A DNA stretch of 19,107 nt, taken from contig CAZPLO010000002.1 of NCBI GenBank assembly GCA_964587725.1, forward strand, positions 6,314-25,420. Direction: 5' to 3'. The DNA comes from an uncultured archaeon (GTDB lineage: Archaea > Altiarchaeota > Altiarchaeia > IMC4 > SCGC-AAA252-I15). This document shows, one piece after another, positions 15,944 to 19,107 of this stretch. Positions within the stretch are counted from its first letter, which is position 1; each line of letters starts with the position of its first letter. A program made the position numbers and the translations under genes. Under the pieces are notes generated by a model, which searched no databases, was not told the origin of the DNA, and saw only the letters and a list, made by a program, of their open reading frames with translations.

Positions 15944-17162
15944 GTTCCACCTTCGTCTCACATATTACCTGCCCATCTTTTATAACGTAGGGTATGTGCG
16001 TCGGCCCGTTCAACGCCTGCCTGTAGCTTCCTGCCTCCAACACGATGAGGTCTGCCTTGCGGCCGGGTTCTACGCCGTAGTCCAGCTTCATTATTTTGGC
16101 GCCGTTGGCGGACGCCATGTTGAACAGGTTCACGGGGTCTTCGGCGCGCGTCATCCTGGTGGCGGAGGCGAGCACGTGCGTCTCCCGAAGCATGCTGCAG
16201 TTGCCTAGCGGGTAGAAGATGTCGCGTATGTTGTCTGTGCCCAACGCCACGTTCACCCCTGCGTCGAGAAGTTCCTTCACCCTGGTCACGCTGTTGCCCG
16301 GCCTCAAATGAACCGCGGGGTCGTCGTCGAACCTGGTTATCATGTTGGCGCTCGGCGTCACTATCACATTTACCTGCGCCTTTTTGAGCAGTTCTATGGT
16401 TTCAGCCGCTACTTTGTCGTCTACCCTCGACAGTGATATGCAGTGTGTGGCGCTCACCCTGCCTTCCATCCCGTACTCGATGGTTTTTTCGGCGAGCCTC
16501 GGCAGCGTGAACTCCCGGGGGTCGTTGCTTTCGTCGGTCTGCACCTCCAGGTCGACGCCGTGCTCCGACGCCAGCTGGAATAGTATTTCGATGTGCTGTT
16601 CCCGAGCATCGGGCGTATTCTCCACCAGCGGCAGCCCGCCGAGGAGGTCCGCGCCCTTCTCCAGCGCCTCCTCCACCGTCTCCCTGCTTTTTTTGTCGAC
16701 AACGCCTTCCTGGGGGAACGCGCACACCTGGATGTCCAGCGGCGACTCGTCCCGTACTTCCGTGAGCGCATGTAACGGCTTCAAACCGCATGTGCCGTCG
16801 ACGTCCACCTGCGTCCTCAACGCTGTTACTCCGTTGCGGGCGAACTCCTCCAGCACCCGGCACGCCCTTTCCTTAATCTCCCCCACAGCATAATTTTTCT
16901 TGAACGTCTTCAGCAGCTCCCGGTTCTCTTCGAGGGTGAGTCCGAACTGCCCGGGATTCATCTTCGACAGCAGGTCCGCCTTGTCCAGGTGGGTGTGTAT
17001 GTTCACGAAACCGGGCGCCACCAGCCTGCCTCCGGCGTCGACTCCGTCGCCGCCGATGTCCCCCACCTCATCTATGAGTCCATCTTTCAACAGTATGTCG
17101 GTTGTTTCGGAAGAGCCGGGGGTGACCGCGTTCAGTATCACTAGTTCAGTGTCAGCCACCAT
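15933..17162 (-). CDS. Cytosine-deaminase (CodA)-like amidohydrolase with an atypical metal site
   Basis: PGFVNIHTHLDKA, RTQVDV, CAFPQEG, GGLP, RVSATHC, NVALGTDNIRDIFYPLGN. The third His ligand position reads Q (LEVQTDES). Confidence 0.85.
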   Translation of the reverse strand: MVADTELVILNAVTPGSSETTDILLKDGLIDEVGDIGGDGVDAGGRLVAPGFVNIHTHLDKADLLSKMNPGQFGLTLEENRELLKTFKKNYAVGEIKERACRVLEEFARNGVTALRTQVDVDGTCGLKPLHALTEVRDESPLDIQVCAFPQEGVVDKKSRETVEEALEKGADLLGGLPLVENTPDAREQHIEILFQLASEHGVDLEVQTDESNDPREFTLPRLAEKTIEYGMEGRVSATHCISLSRVDDKVAAETIELLKKAQVNVIVTPSANMITRFDDDPAVHLRPGNSVTRVKELLDAGVNVALGTDNIRDIFYPLGNCSMLRETHVLASATRMTRAEDPVNLFNMASANGAKIMKLDYGVEPGRKADLIVLEAGSYRQALNGPTHIPYVIKDGQVICETKVEHGR

Positions 17163-17187
17163 CCTAGAAACATTATATGAGAAACCG

Positions 17188-17221
17188 CATATAAATAGGG
17201 CCGCCGCCCAGCCTTTAAAAC
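17188..17221. promoter_or_regulatory. Back-to-back TATA boxes for the deaminase operon (-) and the lipoprotein-Pop5 operon (+)
   Basis: TTTATATG on the minus strand (17195-17188), 25 nt before ATG 17162. TTTAAAAC on the plus strand (17214-17221), 28 nt before ATG 17250. Confidence 0.5.
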
Positions 17222-17249
17222 CGAGCGTGCGTATAAGTAAACGGTTTCC

Positions 17250-18167
17250 ATGAAGTTACTGGCTATACTTTCGCTGGCGGTGCTGGTTTCCGGATGCGTG
17301 TGCTGCGGAGACTTGGTTGACATAGAGCCGACGGTGACGGACACGACGGAACCCTACTGCAGCCCCCCGTACATTCAGGTGGGCTCCGACTGCTGCCTGG
17401 ACATGGATTCTAATGGAATATGCGACAGCGAAGAGTCAGTCGAAACCGCTCCGCCTGTTCCGCCGCCGCTGCCTGACGTTACCTCAACGACGTCGGCGCC
17501 GGTCGTGACACAGCCCCCCGCAACCACCTCCTCCACGACGTCGACGCAGCCGCAGGCGTCCTGCAGCGACGGCATACAAAACCAGGGCGAGGAATACATA
17601 GACTGCGGCGGGCCATGCAGCAACTGCGAAGTATTCACCCTCGGCGGGTGGCGTGAGTTCATGAACACGGGATACAGGTTCCGCTACGACGGCAAGGAGG
17701 GCAGCGGCAGCAGTCTGAAGTACTGGGTGCTGGTGGAGACCCCCGACGGTTTAGGAGAAAGGATGCATGTTTCGACGGCGGAAATGTACCTCGACTACCT
17801 GCGCTTCAAGGTCATAGACTACGGCGAGGACCCTCCGCGGGTGTACGTGAAGGTGAACGCGGAGGACCTGGGTTCGGTGCCTCCGCAGGCGTCGCTCATA
17901 ACCATCGGCGGCCAGTCCTGTTTGTCCGGCGGCACTGAAATGTGCGAACGAAACTACGCGGGCTACACGATAAGGATGATGAACCGCATAGACGACGGCG
18001 CCCGGGTTTCCATGGTGGGGCCGACGTGGGAGGTACCCGCGGAGGTGCAGGTGAAGGAAGGCCGCCTGTCTTTTTCGCCGGATCACACAATAGCCATCGG
18101 CGGATTCTTCGACCGCAGCCACATCATGACCGGCGGATACAGTCTCTTCTACGTGTACGTGAGATAA
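17250..18167 (+). CDS. Secreted Cys-rich lipoprotein (cell-surface protein) with Pro/Thr linker
   Basis: Signal peptide and lipobox LVSG|CVCCG. Disulfide/Ca-binding-like motifs CCLDMDSNGICD and CSDGIQNQGEEYIDCGGPC. Thr/Ser/Pro-rich linker and beta-rich C-terminal domain. Confidence 0.85.
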   Translation: MKLLAILSLAVLVSGCVCCGDLVDIEPTVTDTTEPYCSPPYIQVGSDCCLDMDSNGICDSEESVETAPPVPPPLPDVTSTTSAPVVTQPPATTSSTTSTQPQASCSDGIQNQGEEYIDCGGPCSNCEVFTLGGWREFMNTGYRFRYDGKEGSGSSLKYWVLVETPDGLGERMHVSTAEMYLDYLRFKVIDYGEDPPRVYVKVNAEDLGSVPPQASLITIGGQSCLSGGTEMCERNYAGYTIRMMNRIDDGARVSMVGPTWEVPAEVQVKEGRLSFSPDHTIAIGGFFDRSHIMTGGYSLFYVYVR

Positions 18168-18499
18168 TGGCTAAGACCTTGAAGCCCACGCTGAGGGAAA
18201 GGAACCGTTACCTGGTGTTCGAGGTGGTGTCTGACCGCACGCCCGGCAGGAAGGATGTGGTGGATTCAATCTGGGCTACAGTACTCAGACTCTACGGGGA
18301 AGTGGGCGCCAGCAGAACCTCCATGTGGGTGATGGACTACGACAGAAAAAAGAAGAAGGGCGTGGTTAAGGTCAACCACGGGGGTGTTGAGACCGTCCGC
18401 TCCGCAATAGCTGCGGCGGATGGGGTGGGCGGCGGAAAAGCCGTGTTCAACGTACTGAAAGTAGCCGGTACCTTGAAGAAAGCCCGTGAACTCCTATGA
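18167..18499 (+). CDS. rnp2: Ribonuclease P protein component 2 (Pop5/Rpp14 family)
   Basis: LKPTLRERNRYLVFEV, LYGEVGAS, GVVKVNH, VLKVAGTLKKARE. True start is ATG 18167 (TAATG overlap), giving 110 aa. Confidence 0.92.
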   Translation: MAKTLKPTLRERNRYLVFEVVSDRTPGRKDVVDSIWATVLRLYGEVGASRTSMWVMDYDRKKKKGVVKVNHGGVETVRSAIAAADGVGGGKAVFNVLKVAGTLKKARELL

Positions 18500-18982
18500 G
18501 GCGCTCCGTATGGTGCTCAGCCGCTTCAGCTCGGACCTGATTTTCCTGCTGCCTTTGCTCGCCTTCACCTGCTGGTAGACTTTCTCGCAGTCCGGGCAGG
18601 TGAAGTCGCGTTCGATTGCGGTGCCGTAGCCGACCCTGTTGCACGAGCACTCGAAGACTATCGCGTCTTCCTCGTCCAACATCCCGTCCAACTGCCGTAT
18701 CCGGTGTTCGACGTAGTCGTCCACGTACTCCCGTATCTTGTCCTCCCTCCGCATCCAGCGGTAGTGGCAGTATCCGGTGTCCAACCTGTCCCTGTCCAAC
18801 TGGACCAGGTTCTTCACCAACAGGTCGTTCAGTATCGCCCTCACCTTGGCGGTCTCGAAGTCCGTCTCCATGGAGATGACCTTATCCTCCTTCGGTTCGG
18901 CGATGACCCTGATGACCTCGGCTGTCTCATCACCCAGCGCCTCACACAAGGCGCCCTTGTCAACGTTTTGCAAGTCAGCCAT
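18494..18982 (-). CDS. tfe: Transcription factor E (TFE/TFIIE-alpha) family protein, divergent
   Basis: N-terminal winged helix (KVRAILNDL..KNLV..DTGYCHYRW), helical linker, Zn ribbon FECSC...AIERDFTCPDC, C-terminal helix. 162 aa. Confidence 0.78.
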   Translation of the reverse strand: MADLQNVDKGALCEALGDETAEVIRVIAEPKEDKVISMETDFETAKVRAILNDLLVKNLVQLDRDRLDTGYCHYRWMRREDKIREYVDDYVEHRIRQLDGMLDEEDAIVFECSCNRVGYGTAIERDFTCPDCEKVYQQVKASKGSRKIRSELKRLSTIRSAS

Positions 18983-19006
18983 GACCTATATACAGTGCAC
19001 CCATCC

Positions 19007-19014
19007 TTTAAAAA
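19007..19014 (-). promoter_or_regulatory. Putative TATA box for tfe
   Basis: TTTTTAAA on the minus strand, 24 nt upstream of ATG 18982. Confidence 0.5.
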
Positions 19015-19075
19015 CATTAAGGTTTCCTAAATTCACTAAAGGACGCAAAAAAGTGCAGCGCCGAATGAAACCGGA

Positions 19076-19087
19076 GAAAAAAGGAAA
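19076..19087 (-). terminator. Oligo-T tract downstream of the tRNA (archaeal-type terminator)
   Basis: TTTCCTTTTTTC on the minus strand a few nt after the tRNA 3' end. Confidence 0.45.
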
Positions 19088-19091
19088 TATG

Positions 19092-19107
19092 TGGTCCCGG
19101 CGAGATT
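19092..19107 (-). tRNA. 3' end of a tRNA gene, truncated by the window edge; isotype not determinable
   Basis: The minus strand reads AAT-CTCGC-CGGGACC-A: end of the T-loop, 5-nt T-stem strand, 7-nt acceptor strand and discriminator A. CCA is not fully encoded. A T-tract follows. Confidence 0.65.

Noticed and set aside
17942-18166. 75-aa N-terminal extension of Pop5
   Set aside because: It is an out-of-frame reading of the lipoprotein gene. Pop5 similarity begins at ATG 18167.
571-18499. Recoding (Sec/Pyl read-through or frameshift) at TGA/TAG stops
   Set aside because: All recognised proteins are full length at their first stop, and most stops overlap or abut the next gene.

Overview
A compact, GC-rich archaeal chromosomal segment with AT-rich intergenic gaps and many overlapping stop/start codons. 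A DPANN / Ca. Altiarchaeota-like origin is inferred from the gene set and the SGCxCCG lipoprotein, not proven. Left to right it encodes: a coiled-coil/winged-helix regulator with palindromes around its promoter; a nitroreductase; a coupled pair of unknown genes (104 aa with a cationic Gly-zipper tail, 258 aa acidic with a Pro/Ala linker); a purine-salvage operon (MTI/6-oxopurine phosphorylase, MTA/SAH deaminase, Hpt-type PRTase); a membrane-anchored beta-rich protein; DNA polymerase D (DP1+DP2) behind a short SerA-like dehydrogenase; the divergent pyrD-pyrK-pyrE-pyrF operon ending in a 21-bp inverted repeat; a GT2 glycosyltransferase; a CodA-like deaminase with a His-to-Gln metal-site change coupled to a DUF6282-like amidohydrolase; a Cys-rich lipoprotein coupled to RNase P Pop5; a divergent TFE; and the 3' end of a tRNA at the window edge. 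No transposase, integrase, CRISPR array or intein was seen. The window is mostly housekeeping. The best leads are the double-amidohydrolase unit, the 104/258-aa pair, the non-canonical active-site residues and the palindromic non-coding elements. All family calls come from motif recognition by eye; no searches were run.
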